A stretch of DNA of 64,000 nucleotides from Microthyrium microscopicum (lineage: Eukaryota). The notes under the pieces were generated by a model. The model made no database searches, was not told where the DNA came from, and saw only the letters and a list, made by a program, of their open reading frames with translations. Of the stretch, positions 1 through 13,000 are shown one piece after another. The DNA lies in the NCBI GenBank assembly GCA_010405405.1, contig MU004246.1, positions 1 to 64,000 on the forward strand, written 5' to 3'. Position 1 is the stretch's first letter. Each line of letters begins with the position of its first letter. The position numbers were made by a program, and so were the translations under genes.

Positions 1-419
1 AGTAGTCTTATTCTTATAAAGGAAGACTTTAATATATACTCTACCTAGATTCTTCTTAATTAGTAAAACTTCTAGCTAGCTTAGCCTAGGTTTAGTATAT
101 ATAAAGCATAGGTTACTAGATATATACTTAAAGGAATAAAACTAGAGTTTAGATTATTTAATAGACTTAAAAATATAAGCTATTTCCTATACTAAGTACG
201 TATAGAATATACTATAAGTATATCTAAATTATAAATAAGAGTTAATTGCGTTATATATACTATTAGTATAATAGTAGGCTTAATCTTAAGGTATCTTTAG
301 CCTATACTAAGTATAAAATAGTCTAGTATAAGCTAGGGTTATAGTAAGTATAAAATAAAAGATAGGATTAAATCTTAAAGAGGTAAATATTAAAAGATTT
401 ATTATAGCTTAAAATAAGT

Positions 420-780
420 AGATAATATAAGTACATATTTATATTACGCTTTTTCTTCTTTAAGTAAAAGATACTAGTTAGTATATACTTACGTTATATT
501 TTTTTTTCTTTAAGTAAGAGATACTAGTTAGTACATACTTTTATTACGTAATTTTTTTATTAAAGTAGAGAAAGGAAATAAATACGTACTAAAGTTATAC
601 TCCTTTTTTTTTAAAAATAAAAGGTAGTAAGTATATACTTAAGCTATGCTTTTCCTTCCTTAAATATAAATATAATAAGTACGTACTTAAGCTACACTCT
701 TTTTTTCTTAAGTAAAAAAGGTAATAAGTACGTACTTAAGTTACGCTCTTTCTTCTTTAAGTAGAAATAATTATAATATA
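420..780 (+). repeat. Degenerate tandem array, ~49-50 bp unit, ~7 copies
   Basis: ATACTAGTTA recurs at 471 and 521; core TAAGTA(C/T)(G/A)TACTTAAG..(C/T)TTTCTTCTTTAAGTA recurs at ~50-bp spacing. Confidence 0.75.
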
Positions 781-2429
781 ATACTACTAATAGTTAAAAG
801 TAAGTATATCTTTATTTAGTACGTACTACTAACTTCTCTTAAAGCTTTATTTTATAAATAGTAAAATAAAATTATATATATAGCTTAGTACGTACTACTA
901 AAATAAACTATACTTTACTTTATTTTTTATATTAATTTAACTATAAGAACTAAAATAAAGTTTATTTTTAATTTATACTACTTAATATTTTTAAAATAAT
1001 ATTATAAAAGTATAAATATAAATTAATAATAAAAGTATAATATATATTTAATCTTTATTTAATTTTTTATAATTTATATTTTTTAATAATTATAGTTAGT
1101 TATAATTATTAATAGAAAATATAAACTTTATATATAATATTAACTATTTTAATAATATTCTTATATAAGTAAAAAAAAAATAAAGCTTTAAGCTTAATAT
1201 ATATTATATATTTCTTTTAAAATATTATTTTATAAAATAAAGAAGAAATTAATAGAAAGCTTAATACATACTATAGGACTATTAAATTATTTTGTTTATT
1301 CTTTATATTAATAATAAATAGCTAAAACTACTAGTTTAAAGCTAATACTTAATATATACTACTATATACTTTTAAAATATTATATAAATTTAAAAATAAA
1401 TTAATAATAAGCTTAGTATATACTATAAACTTACTTTATTTTTTAAGTTATAATATATATTAGTTAAAAATAGCTATAACTAATAATTTAAAGTTAATAT
1501 TTAATACTTACTATCTTTTATTTAAAAAATAGTATTATATTAACTAAAAAAGTAAAATTAAAAATAACTTAATATATATTATAAAAATATTATTATCTTT
1601 TTTTTATTTTTATATTAATTATAACTATATAAATTAATAAATAGCCTATATTTAATATTTAATATTAATCTTATTTATATAATATAATATATATATTATA
1701 AATTATAAAGTTAAGTAAAAATTATTAACTTTAATTATAAAATATAGCTAAAAATAAGTCTAAATAATTAACTTAATATAAACTTTAAATAAATATAAAT
1801 ATTTAACTTAAATTAACTAGTTATAACTTAACTATATAAATTATATATAACTTTAGTATATGCTTAGTATATACTAAGTATATATTTAGTTATAGTTAAA
1901 TATATAATATAAAGTAGAACTTACTAGCTAAAAATATATATTATATAAACTAATTATTAAAGTTTAATAAGACTTAGTATATATTTAGTATATACTTAGT
2001 TATAATTAAGTATATACTACTAAATAGAACTTATTAGTAAAAAGGTTTCTATTTTTATATTAACTATAAAAGTTAAGTAGTTAGACTTAATTTATATTTA
2101 GTATATATATAGTTAAAGTTAAGTTTATATTATTAAATAAGTATATAATTAACTTTCTATAAGTTTATTATATAACTAGACTAGGCTTAGTTTATACTTA
2201 GTTTATATTTAGTATATACGTAGTTAAAGCTAAGTTTATATTACTAAATAATATCTATTAGCTAAAAGTTAACTTCTTATTTATTAACTATATAACTATA
2301 ACTATACTTAGTTTATACTTAGTATATACCTAGTATATACCTAGTATATATCTAGTTTATATTTATATAGAACTATGCTATAGTTTCCTTTTTTAAAAAT
2401 CTTATATATATTAAAAGTTCTATTAAAAG

Positions 2430-2970
2430 AAGAAGAAACGTAGCTTAAGTACGTACTTATTATCTTTTCTATTTTAATAAGAAAGCACCTAATAAGAGTA
2501 GGTACTAACTAGCCTTTTTTACTTAAAAAAATAGAGCGTACCTTAAGTATATGCTTATTACTTTATCTATTTAAAGAAAAAGAAGTAGTAATAGGTATAT
2601 ACTTACTATCTTTTCTATTTAAAGAAGATAGAGTATATCTTAAGTACGTACTAACTTATATCTCTTACTTAAGAAGATAAAGCGTATTTTAAGTACGTAT
2701 TTACTACTTTATCTACTTAAAGAAGAAGGAGTATTAATAAGTATATACTTATTACCTTTTCTACTTAAAGAAGAGAGTATATAATATAAGTATATATTAA
2801 CTAGTATCTTCTAATAAAGAAGATAGTTTATATTTTAAGCTTATACTTATTACTTTATCTATTTAAAAAAGAAGAAGTATTAATAAGTATATACTAGCTA
2901 GTATCTCTTAATAAAGAAAATAGTTTATATCTTAAGTATATACTTATTATCTTTATAGTATATACTTAAC
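2430..2970 (-). repeat. Inverted copy of the ~50-bp tandem array, ~10 copies
   Basis: Units such as TTTACTTAAAAAAATAGAGCGTACCTTAAGTATATGCTTA (~2518) match the reverse complement of the 720-770 unit (TAAGTACGTACTTAAGTTACGCTCTTTCTTCTTTAAGTAGAAA). Confidence 0.7.
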
Positions 2971-5900
2971 ATAAGAAAATTTTAACTTCTTAGTATTACT
3001 CTAGTATACTTTTTTTTTTAACCTCTCTTTTCTTTTCTTTCTCTTTTTCTTTTTCGTTATTATTATCTTTTATATTAGTAATTATAAATAATATAAGTAA
3101 CTCTACTTTCTTTTCCTTAATTTACTATTTAGCTTCTTATTTTTATAATAATTATTATTTCTTTATATTTTATATTAGAAATAAAGAGCTTATTACTTTT
3201 TACTTTAAGCTATATATATATAAAGGTAATAATATATTTATAATAGATATAGAATTAGTATAAAATAAGAATACTTATAGAGTTAAATTTTAAGTTAATA
3301 GCGCTTATAGGCTTAATATATACTTAATCTATATTTACTTACTAACTAGGGTAAATAGTATTTAAGGTAGTAATAAAGAATATATTAGTAGTATTAGTAG
3401 AGAAAAAGATATTTTAAAATACGCTAAGCCTATACTTAACGTATACTTAGTCTAAGTAATAGCTAAATATATATTACTAGGGTAAGCTACTAGATAGTAA
3501 ATAGAAGTTAATTTATCTTATATAGAAAAAAACTAATATTTTACTTTTTACTTATATTAAGTATCTTTCTAGTATATATATTCTAAGAGTTTAATTACCT
3601 TTATTAGTACTACGTAGCTAGTTAGAATCTTAAAACTTACTAACTTAAACTTACTATTAAGTTCTTAAACTATATAGTATAATTTATATATAGTTAGTAT
3701 AGGCTATTATAAAATAATATAATATATACTTTAATACTATATTAAGTAAAAATATTTACCTTTTAATAATATAATTCTTAGTATAATAACTTAATTTAAT
3801 AAGGTTACTTATTTATTTAGTAAGTAGCTACTAAGTAATATTAATCTTAAATATATAAGATATAATTCTTAAGAAAATCTACTTAATTACTTTATACCTA
3901 AAGAATAATTTTATCTTAAGGTATATTAAGTATATAACCTATATATTACGTTATATACTTTCTTTACTATAGGCTTTCTACTAAATAGTATTAAGTTTAT
4001 TTATTAGTATATACTTAAAGAATTTCTTTATTAAATTCTACTTTAAATAGACCTTATAGAACTTTAATACGTACTTAGTATATTTAATTTAATCTTTATT
4101 ATTATCCTTTATCTTAAGATATAGTTTAAGACTTAGACTATTATTAGTATATATCTACTATAAGCTTAGAATAAGTAAACCTTTTACTTATTTTAGGTAT
4201 ATATTAATAGTAATAGCCTAAATTCTAGAGTAACTAATATAGCCCTACTATATAGGTATATAAGTAGTATTATCTAGTTATATAAATAGCTTTATAAATA
4301 TTTACTAATATACCTTAATAGTATTAGTTATTATAAATATATAAATATAGACGTAAATTTCTATATATTAAGGTTAATATATACTAAACATAATATAAAA
4401 TACTTACTTTAGCTCCTTAAGTTATAGCTAATAATAGAATATATATTCTAAGGTTCTTATATTATATAAAATATAAAGTCTATCTAAAATACTAGAACTT
4501 TAGTAAATACTATAGCTTAAGCGTAAGTAAAGTATATAATAAAGTAATTATTTACTAAATTTTTAATATATAAAATTATCTAGATCTACTAGTATTTAGT
4601 ACTATTATAGGCCTTATACTATTATATAAAGTATACTCCTAGCCTATAATTAGCCTATATAGAACCTATATAAAACATAAAATAAATCTTAAAGACTAGT
4701 ATTATATAAATATTACTTAAGTTACTTATAATAAATCTATACTCTAATCTAATTAGTATTTATAAGTAATAGGTAAATCTTAACTAGATTTATTATCTAA
4801 AGAGCTTTATAAACCTTTTAAGCCTCTTAAAATAAGGAAAATCTTTTTATATAAAGTTAGTATATACTATAGTTAGAACTAAGCTATACTTAATATATAT
4901 ATCCTATTATATTAAGTATATTATTTTTAGTAATAACTTAATATATTAAGTTAGAGTACTTTTCTAGAACTAATATAGATAGTAGTAGATAATAATTATA
5001 TACTCTATATATAATAAGTAATATAAATAGATATTTTTACTAATACTTTAGTAAATAAACATTAAATATAGTAGAATATTACTATTCTAGTAGGTCTTTA
5101 GATATATAAATTAATATATTTAGTACTTTATAAGTAACATTATAGTATAGTAATTAGCTTATTCTTAGAGTAATATATATATATAGCTTAATTAGCCTAT
5201 AATAAATATAGAGTAAGTTTATAATAAGCTATTTTAATAACTTAAAATTATATTTATTAGTATTAACGTAAGTTATAAAGTAAAATTCTTTATTATATAG
5301 TATATAGGTATAGTAATAACTAAGGAACTAATTTTATATATATTATTAAAAACTAACTAGTTATATCTTATACTTAATATACCTTATATTAGTTAAATAA
5401 CTAGAATATACGCTATATATATACTAGAATTAGTTACTTATAAGCTATTATATATAAAGAAGTTAGACTTTTATATTAACTCTATATTATAATAAAGAAG
5501 CTATATTTATTAGACTTAGCATAGGTTAAATATAAGTTAATAATAATATACCTTTCTATTCTTTTTCTTAACTATGCTTTTAGCCTTAATATATATCTTT
5601 ATAATTTATAAAGCTTATATAACTTATTTATTTTACTAAAATTAACGTAAGAATATACTAAATCTATACTAAGAATATAAAGATACTAGTACTAATAGAC
5701 TTAAATACCTAAGTATTTCTAATAGTAATAATAAGTATACATTATATTATTATTTTTACTAGTATAGGGTAGAAATTTAAGCATTATAAGCTTAGTACTA
5801 CTAATACTCTAATAGCTAAATTAAACCTAGATATAATTAGTATATACCTAATATCTTCTATTATCTTAGCCTTATAAATAATATAAACTACTTTAAGATA

Positions 5901-6808
5901 TTATTTACTATTCTTAAAGCCTTTAAGTCCTTCTTCTTTATTATAAGCATAGGTTTAAAGTATACTAGCTATAGATTCTATAGTAGAGATACTATATAAA
6001 GAATACTTCTATTAGTAGTATATAGATAAGAAAAAAATATTATATATATTTAGTATTTAAAGACTTATATAGATTTAACATTATTACTACTTATAGTTAA
6101 CCTATACTAAGTAAAATATTCCTATATATTATATTAGTATAGTATATACTAGGTAGAAATATATAAATAGCTTTTAATTAGCTTTAGTTAAATTTAAATA
6201 TCTACTCTTCTTTATCTTTATTCTTAACTTTTATAGGTTTAGTTTTTAAGGATATAAATAATATAGGTAGAGTATATATAAATAATTAGTTATAAAGCCT
6301 AAGTTATAATAAGAGTATAGTTATATAGCAACTTAAGTATATACTAAAGTAATAATATAAAATTAATTAGATTAGTTATAAAGTTTAATATAGCTATACT
6401 ATTATAATTAAATTCTATATATTAAGACTAGTCTATAATAAGTACGTATTAACTATCTACTATAGTAATACTTATATTACGTAACGTATTAGTTTATATA
6501 CTTTTACGTAAAAGCTATATATATTACTTTTATATATATAATATATAGAGGTATAGATTATATAGAGATACTACGCTACTATATACTAAAGATAAGCTAC
6601 GTATAGGTCCTCATGTAGTAGAGATAGCTAATTTTTCTGGCGCGATTTTCCGAGGGTTAGCGGAACCACGTCGTCGGGGAAAGTGCATCTCAAAACAACG
6701 GAAAGTGGGGCAAGAGCAGCTCAAGCTTTGCGCGGCAGGCACAGCCGAAGCCGTCACCAACCAATTTACAGGGATCAAAACACCAAACTCTTGAGATCAA
6801 GTTGATCA

Positions 6809-6820
6809 ACGACGCGTCGT
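6809..6820. promoter_or_regulatory. Possible MCB (ACGCGT) cell-cycle box upstream of CDC23
   Basis: ACGCGT at 6812-6817 inside the palindrome ACGACGCGTCGT, ~90 bp upstream of the ATG. Function is inferred only. Confidence 0.3.
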
Positions 6821-6902
6821 GACTCTTGGACATACCAAATATCGACAATCGCTCTTTCAAGAAATCGGCTGTGGATCCCTCGAATCCCACGAACATGCGG
6901 CA

Positions 6903-9070
6903 ATGAGCAACCTCTCAGAGAAACAAATCACTGAGCTTCAGACCCATCTCGAAGGCGCTGTAATAGGATGCGCTGAGCGAGGACTCTATCAATCTTCAAA
7001 ATGGTGCGCGACTAGCTTCTCTTCGGCGCATCCATGGCTAACTTTAAGCCATCAGGGTCGCTGAACTCCTCAACTCTCTCCCCAAATTCCACGAAGATTC
7101 AGACTCCGATACAGACCCAGACGAACCCAGCGACGCGCCTGAAGCAACTCGATCGCGTCCTCCACAAGACCGTAGAGAGACCCTACTCCAGTCCAAAGAA
7201 TACCACAAGTATCTACTAGCAAAATCATTCTTCGACTGTCGCGAGTATGATCGATGCACGGCAGTCTTCCTCCCCAACACGAAACCGCGCGTGCCTACGG
7301 TAGAAACTGAGTCGACTCCTAAGAAGAGAGTGTCAACCAAGGGCAAGGATAAAGCGACGGCTCTTCCATCTCCACAAGAACCACAAATAGAAGATACCAG
7401 GCTTCCGAAACTCAGTCAAAAGGCCTTGTTCTTTGCCATATACTCCAAATATCTCGCAGGCGAGAAACGAAAAGATGAAGAAAGCGAGATGATACTTGGG
7501 CCTGCAGATGGTGGTGTAACGGTCAACAAGGAATTGACCTCCCTGATAGCTCTGCTTGGAAACTGGTTACAAGAAAGAGAGACCCAAAAACTCAATGGCG
7601 GAGGCTGGCTCGAGTATCTCTACGGTATATTGCTTGCCAAAAACAAATCAGAAGATCTCGCGCGACGATGGTTTTTGAAGAGCGTTCATATTTACCCCTA
7701 TAATTGGGGTGTCTGGCAAGAACTGTCTAATCTGGTGGACGGAGAAGAAGAGGTAAGTTTCCATTCGTGCTAATGCTTTGTTTATAGATACTAATGTTCT
7801 GTAGCTTGCTGCAATATTAGAACAGCTCCCTCGAAACCTCATGACGATAATGTTCATAATATACACCAACCAAGAACTCGGCCAATACGGCGAACAAATC
7901 CACACCGCCCTCGACCAAGTAGAAACCTACTTTCCCCACTCCGCCTTCCTGAAATCCCAACGAGCGCTCCTATTCTATCACGCAAAACAATACGAAGAAT
8001 CATGTTCCATCTTCTCCTCCATCCTCCAAACCGACCCCTACAGACTGGACTCGCTCGACAACTACAGCAACGTCTTGCACGTCAGCAACAAGCGACCTCT
8101 TCTCGCCTTCCTCGCCCAACTCGCCGCCCAAACCGACAAGTTCCGCCCAGAAACATGCTGTATCATCGGTAACTACTACTCCCGCAACTCAGAGCACGAA
8201 AAAGCAGTCATGTACTTCCGCCGCGCCCTCACCCTGGACCGCAACTTCATTTCTGCCTGGACGCTGATGGGCCAAGAATACGTTGAAATGAAAAACACCC
8301 ACGCCGCACTCGAATCGTATCGTCGCGCCATTGACGTGAACCGTAAAGACTACCGTGCCTGGCACGGTCTTGGCATCACCTACGAGCTTCTCGATATGTA
8401 CTCGTATGCACTCTTCTACCACCAGCGCGCTGCTGCGTTGCGCCCATTTGATCCAAAGACATGGCAAGGTGTAGCGAATTGCTTTGCGAGAGTAGGGAAG
8501 ACGCAGAATGCTATCCGGGCATACAAGCGCGCACTCATTGCGGGCAGCTATTATGTCGAGGGTTCGACAGCAGGAAGCTTTGGCGAAGATGGTGGCCCTG
8601 TCCTCGCAGGCGGCGTATTAGACCCCGAATCTCTTTACGCGCTTGCCACTCTATACGAAAAGACTGGCAACATGCGAGAATGTGCTGCATATATGGAGCT
8701 CGTGCTTGCACAAGAAGAAGGGCCTGGTGGACCACTTGATGGCGATGATGACGACTTAGGCGGTCTCCTCAACAATAGCCAACTCAACAACAGTCAACTG
8801 AGCGCGACTGCAGGGAACGCACCGAACATGTCAGCAGGTGGGCAGGCAGCGGGCGGCCAAGGCGTCGGCGTGACAGCAACGACTTCACGAGCACGCATGT
8901 GGTTGGCTCGCTGGGAATTCATCAACCAGAATTATCAGAGAGCTAATGAGTTGGCGAATGAGCTTTGTCAGGATGGGGTGGAAGTTGAGGATGCGAAGGC
9001 GTTGATAAGAGATATTAGGAGCAGAGTGGAGAGTGAGCGGTTGCAGAGCTCTGAGCGACAGCGAGGGTGA
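6903..9070 (+). CDS. CDC23: Anaphase-promoting complex subunit 8 (Cdc23/Cut23), TPR protein; 3 exons (6903-7003, 7056-7752, 7805-9070)
   Basis: N-terminal CAERGLYQSSKW|VAELL, YLAGEKRKDEE, TPR motifs DKFRPETCCIIGNYYS, AWTLMGQEYVEMKNTHAA, DYRAWHGLG. GT..AG introns 7004-7055 and 7753-7804 keep the frame. Confidence 0.95.
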
Positions 9071-10062
9071 TGGGCCCGATTGCATGGTTGGTGTATTTCT
9101 TTTTCTCGAGAATCTTTGTGGTATGAATGAGCATAGCGTATATGATTACGATGAGATGTCTTGTAATGTCTTGTTGATGAATCTTATGTCTTTCATATTT
9201 TCTTTACTGGGTCTTTATCGGTCAATGATGTCTCATAACGCATTGTGACAAAGCACTAATTTTGGCGATTGACTACAGTACACCTTCAGACATGTACAAT
9301 TTCCAGCACGCCTTTACAACTCGAATGAAGTTGCCTGGTCTCAAAGATCAAGATATCTACCCGTTTCCAACCCATCTCAACCCAGCACAAAGTTTTGAGA
9401 ATCCATTCATCGATTGTTCGTGGTCCTGTTTGTGTAAAACCCATGTCATTCGCAAATATGTTCATACAACCACTTCACCATCTCCTACACTCAAGCGAAT
9501 CTGTATTTGTCTAAAGGCAATAGATTGATGTCCGAGGTCAGATTAAGGTTCCAATCGCAACTTCCTTAGTTCATGGGTGCTGTTGCCTACTACATACGCT
9601 AGCCCGATAAACCTTCGTTGAGTTCCATACCTCAGCTTTTTCCACAACTCCCCAACTCCCCCACTCACTTTTCTAGATTTTTGCTTCGTATTCGAGACAA
9701 GACGACATTTTGTTGCTCTGCAGATACCCGACGGAACCAGCCAGATACCCGTCTGGCAAAGATAGCACTCGGTCTTGACCAGAGTAGCTTGTTTTTACGA
9801 CAAGCTTCATTGCTGTTTAGACGGTGTCAACAACAATTACAGTAAAGCATCATTCTTTTGCTTCTGTCCGGTTTTATCCTAAGCAACCTTGCGGTGTCGT
9901 GGCAAGTCATTTCTAGGGACTTAGCACAATCGCTTTTCTCACTACGACCCCTCGAAAATCACCTTTTCTTTTACAATCCACCTTCCTCGTCATTCCCTTC
10001 GCTACTTACTTTCTCAATTGTTCTTCATCGCCCATCTCAATCGTTTCTGCTCAAGGCCCATC

Positions 10063-13000
10063 ATGCCGAGAAGTGGCCTTCTCAAGGGATGGATGGACGC
10101 CCAAGACAACGCGTCGGATACTGGTAAGCTAGCGCGCCTTTAGTCTCGTTTCCTACTTGTCTCCGATAATACCAATCCTCGTACGATGCACTTCGCTAAC
10201 ACTCCTTCTAGAGAGCACCAGTGTGATATCACGAGATGAAACTGCATTCAAGATTGGTGTCGAACGTCTGGAGAAATACCTCGCCGTTCAGAGAGATGCA
10301 GCAGCACAATCATGGCTATCACGACCAGAAGTCCCTTCATCTAACGAGGTTATGGATATATCTGAGCCGTGGGAAAATGTCCCATCCGGCGAGAGTGTAC
10401 CCATCGAACCAAATAGACCGGCTGGACCATTCGATTCTCGTGAAGATTACCTAAAAACTCACTATACTCTTCTTCGTGAGGAAGCAGTGAACCCACTTCG
10501 AGAAGGTGCTGTGGCCATCCGCCATCGTCATGAAGCCAACGAAGATATTTTCGAAACAGATGATATGCGCAATTTGGGCGTCTACACTCACGTCCATGTA
10601 CGCGGCCTGACTCTGACCAACCAAGGTGTTGCTGTCGAAGTTTCTTTCTCCACCAAGAGCTGTCAAAAGAAAATACAATGGGCAATGTCATCTCGACTGT
10701 GTACTGGCAGTATGGTAGCTCTCAGCTTGGATCACTTCCAGAAGCATTGTATTGTGGCAACTGTTGCTGCACGAGATATCGAAAAGTTGATCGAGTCGCC
10801 TCCCCGGATTGACTTGTATTTTGCCAACGCCATGGATCTCGAAATAGATCCAACCCTGGAATTCACTATGATCGAAGAGCGCACAGCTTTCTTGGAAGCT
10901 CAGAGACATACAATGCTTGCCTTTCAGCGTTTGATGAATGAGCCTTTTCCACTTGCCGACATGATTGTGGACTGTGATATGTCTGCCAATGACAACACAC
11001 CGCAGCACATTCTGGACCGACCACAGGCCAATTTGAGCACTGTCTTTGGTCGAGATTACGAAAATCATGATCTTAGAGACCTACCTCCTCCTGAACAATG
11101 CACTCTCGATAAATCTCAGCATGAGGCATTGCAGCATGTCTTGACGAAACCTTTGGCGATCATTCAGGGACCACCAGGCACTGGTAAAACACACATATCT
11201 GTCGAAGCACTCAAAATCCTTCTCGATCGTGTCGATCTTGCCCGAGACCCACCTATAGTCATAGCTTGTCAAACAAATCACGCCCTCGATCAGATTCTGC
11301 GCAAAGTCGCCGAGTTTGAACCCAATAACTTTGCACGTGTTGGCGGACGATCCAAGGATCGCGGATTCATCGAACCACGTACGATGAAGAAACTCCGTGA
11401 GACCATGTCTGACAAAAAGTGGGATCCAGAGAACGCACGCCGAAGAACTGCCAAAGACATTGTCCATCTGAGGGAAGACTTTGGAAAATTACTCGTCCCA
11501 TTCAGTGAAGGACTACAAGCTGTACACTTCCAGATTGCCCAAATAATAGGCAAAGAGCATGTACAGGCACTTGAGGAAGGTGATAAAAAGTGGTCGGGTT
11601 CGACATCCAAACTCCGTGGTGATCAAATTCATGACAATATCCTGGAATGGGTTGGCAAACATCTTGCTCGAGTTGATCCACCCGACTTTGCTGATGATGC
11701 TGTCTACGAGGGCGACGAAGAAGTATTTGAGCCTGAGGCGATACGAGAACGCGAAGCCGAGGCTGCTGGAGGCGATGATGATGTCGACAAACTGAAAGGC
11801 ACTTATATACCGCTCATGCAAGAATGGCGTGGTGTTGAACGAGGAGCTCCTATGGATGACGAGAAAGCTAGAGCGCTCCTTCGGAAGAAGAGTATTTGGG
11901 ACGTACCAACAAATACTCGCGGCGCTTTGTTTAACTGGATGTTGAAATCCTTGAAAGAGACGATTCGGGACTGGACTCGACGACAGGCGGCAAGGTATAT
12001 TGCCAAGTGTGTTCAATTCAAAAAGCTCAACCACAAGAAGGATTTGTGTATCCTCTTTGACCAAAAACTCATTGGCATGACAACGACTGGTTTGAGCAAG
12101 TATCGAGCCTTGGTGGATGCCATTGCTCCTCGCATCGTCATGATTGAGGAAGCCGCTGAATCCCTTGAGGCTCCGGTAGTCTCTGGATGTGTACCCTCTC
12201 TTCAGCAACTGATCCTCGTCGGTGATCACCTGCAATTGAAGCCTAGCTTGGTCAACAAATGGCTCGAAGGCTCCGAATTCTACCTTGACATTTCTCTCTT
12301 TGAGCGCATGGTCAACAACGAGATCGACTACAAAATCCTTCGAACTCAACGCCGTATGATTCCCGAGATCCGTGAAAACCTCTTCCCCATTTATGGCGAT
12401 AAGATCCAGGACCATGTGGATGTTACAAAACGCAAGCCAATCAATGGCATGTCCTATAATTCGTGGATTTGGAGCCATCGATATATGGAGGCCAAGGATG
12501 AGATGAAGTCGAGCTACAATCCTAGCGAAGCAGACATGATCGTTGGCTTTTGCATTTATCTCATCCAGAACGGATACCAGAATGAGCGGATTACGATTTT
12601 GACCTTCTATAACGCGCAGCGCAAGATTATTCACAAGAAGTTGACGGAAGCCATCAACAACCTGCTACATGATGGCAAAACTAACTTTCAACCGAGCGAA
12701 ACACCCTTCAAAATCGTCACTGTCGATTCGTATCAGGGTGAAGAAAACGATATCGTCATTCTTTCTTTGGTCCGAAGCAACGGTAAGTCTCTCCTTCCAC
12801 GTGAAAAAGCACAATCCTCCGCGGACATTCGATATTTCCAGAACGCTTGATGGCGCCCATCGCAGTCGATGGCTACCATTTCATGCTTTGCGACATTCAG
12901 ATGACACTCAAACTCTTCTGTCTTTCGTATTTTCATGCGCTGGCAAGATTTGTCCATCGCATCAAGTCGCTCCCACTTTTATTACATGCTTTGTTATTAC

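Larger units (their letters stand above)
1..6620. mobile_element. AT-rich, RIP-degenerated repeat/transposon block (family not identifiable; left end outside window)
   Basis: Very high A+T, abundant TpA, near absence of CpA/TpG, no ORF in the track, internal tandem and inverted arrays, abrupt switch to balanced GC at ~6600-6640. This is the typical ascomycete RIP signature. Confidence 0.85.

Noticed and set aside
3400..6500. Possible transposase remnant on the minus strand of the left RIP block (faint DUF6589-like words)
   Set aside because: I could not place several motifs in one frame, and by-eye de-RIP is too permissive to support a family call.
11513..12634. 373-aa antisense ORF, and many similar shadow ORFs over other genes
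   Set aside because: Antisense or alternate-frame shadows of strongly supported coding genes, with no independent motifs.
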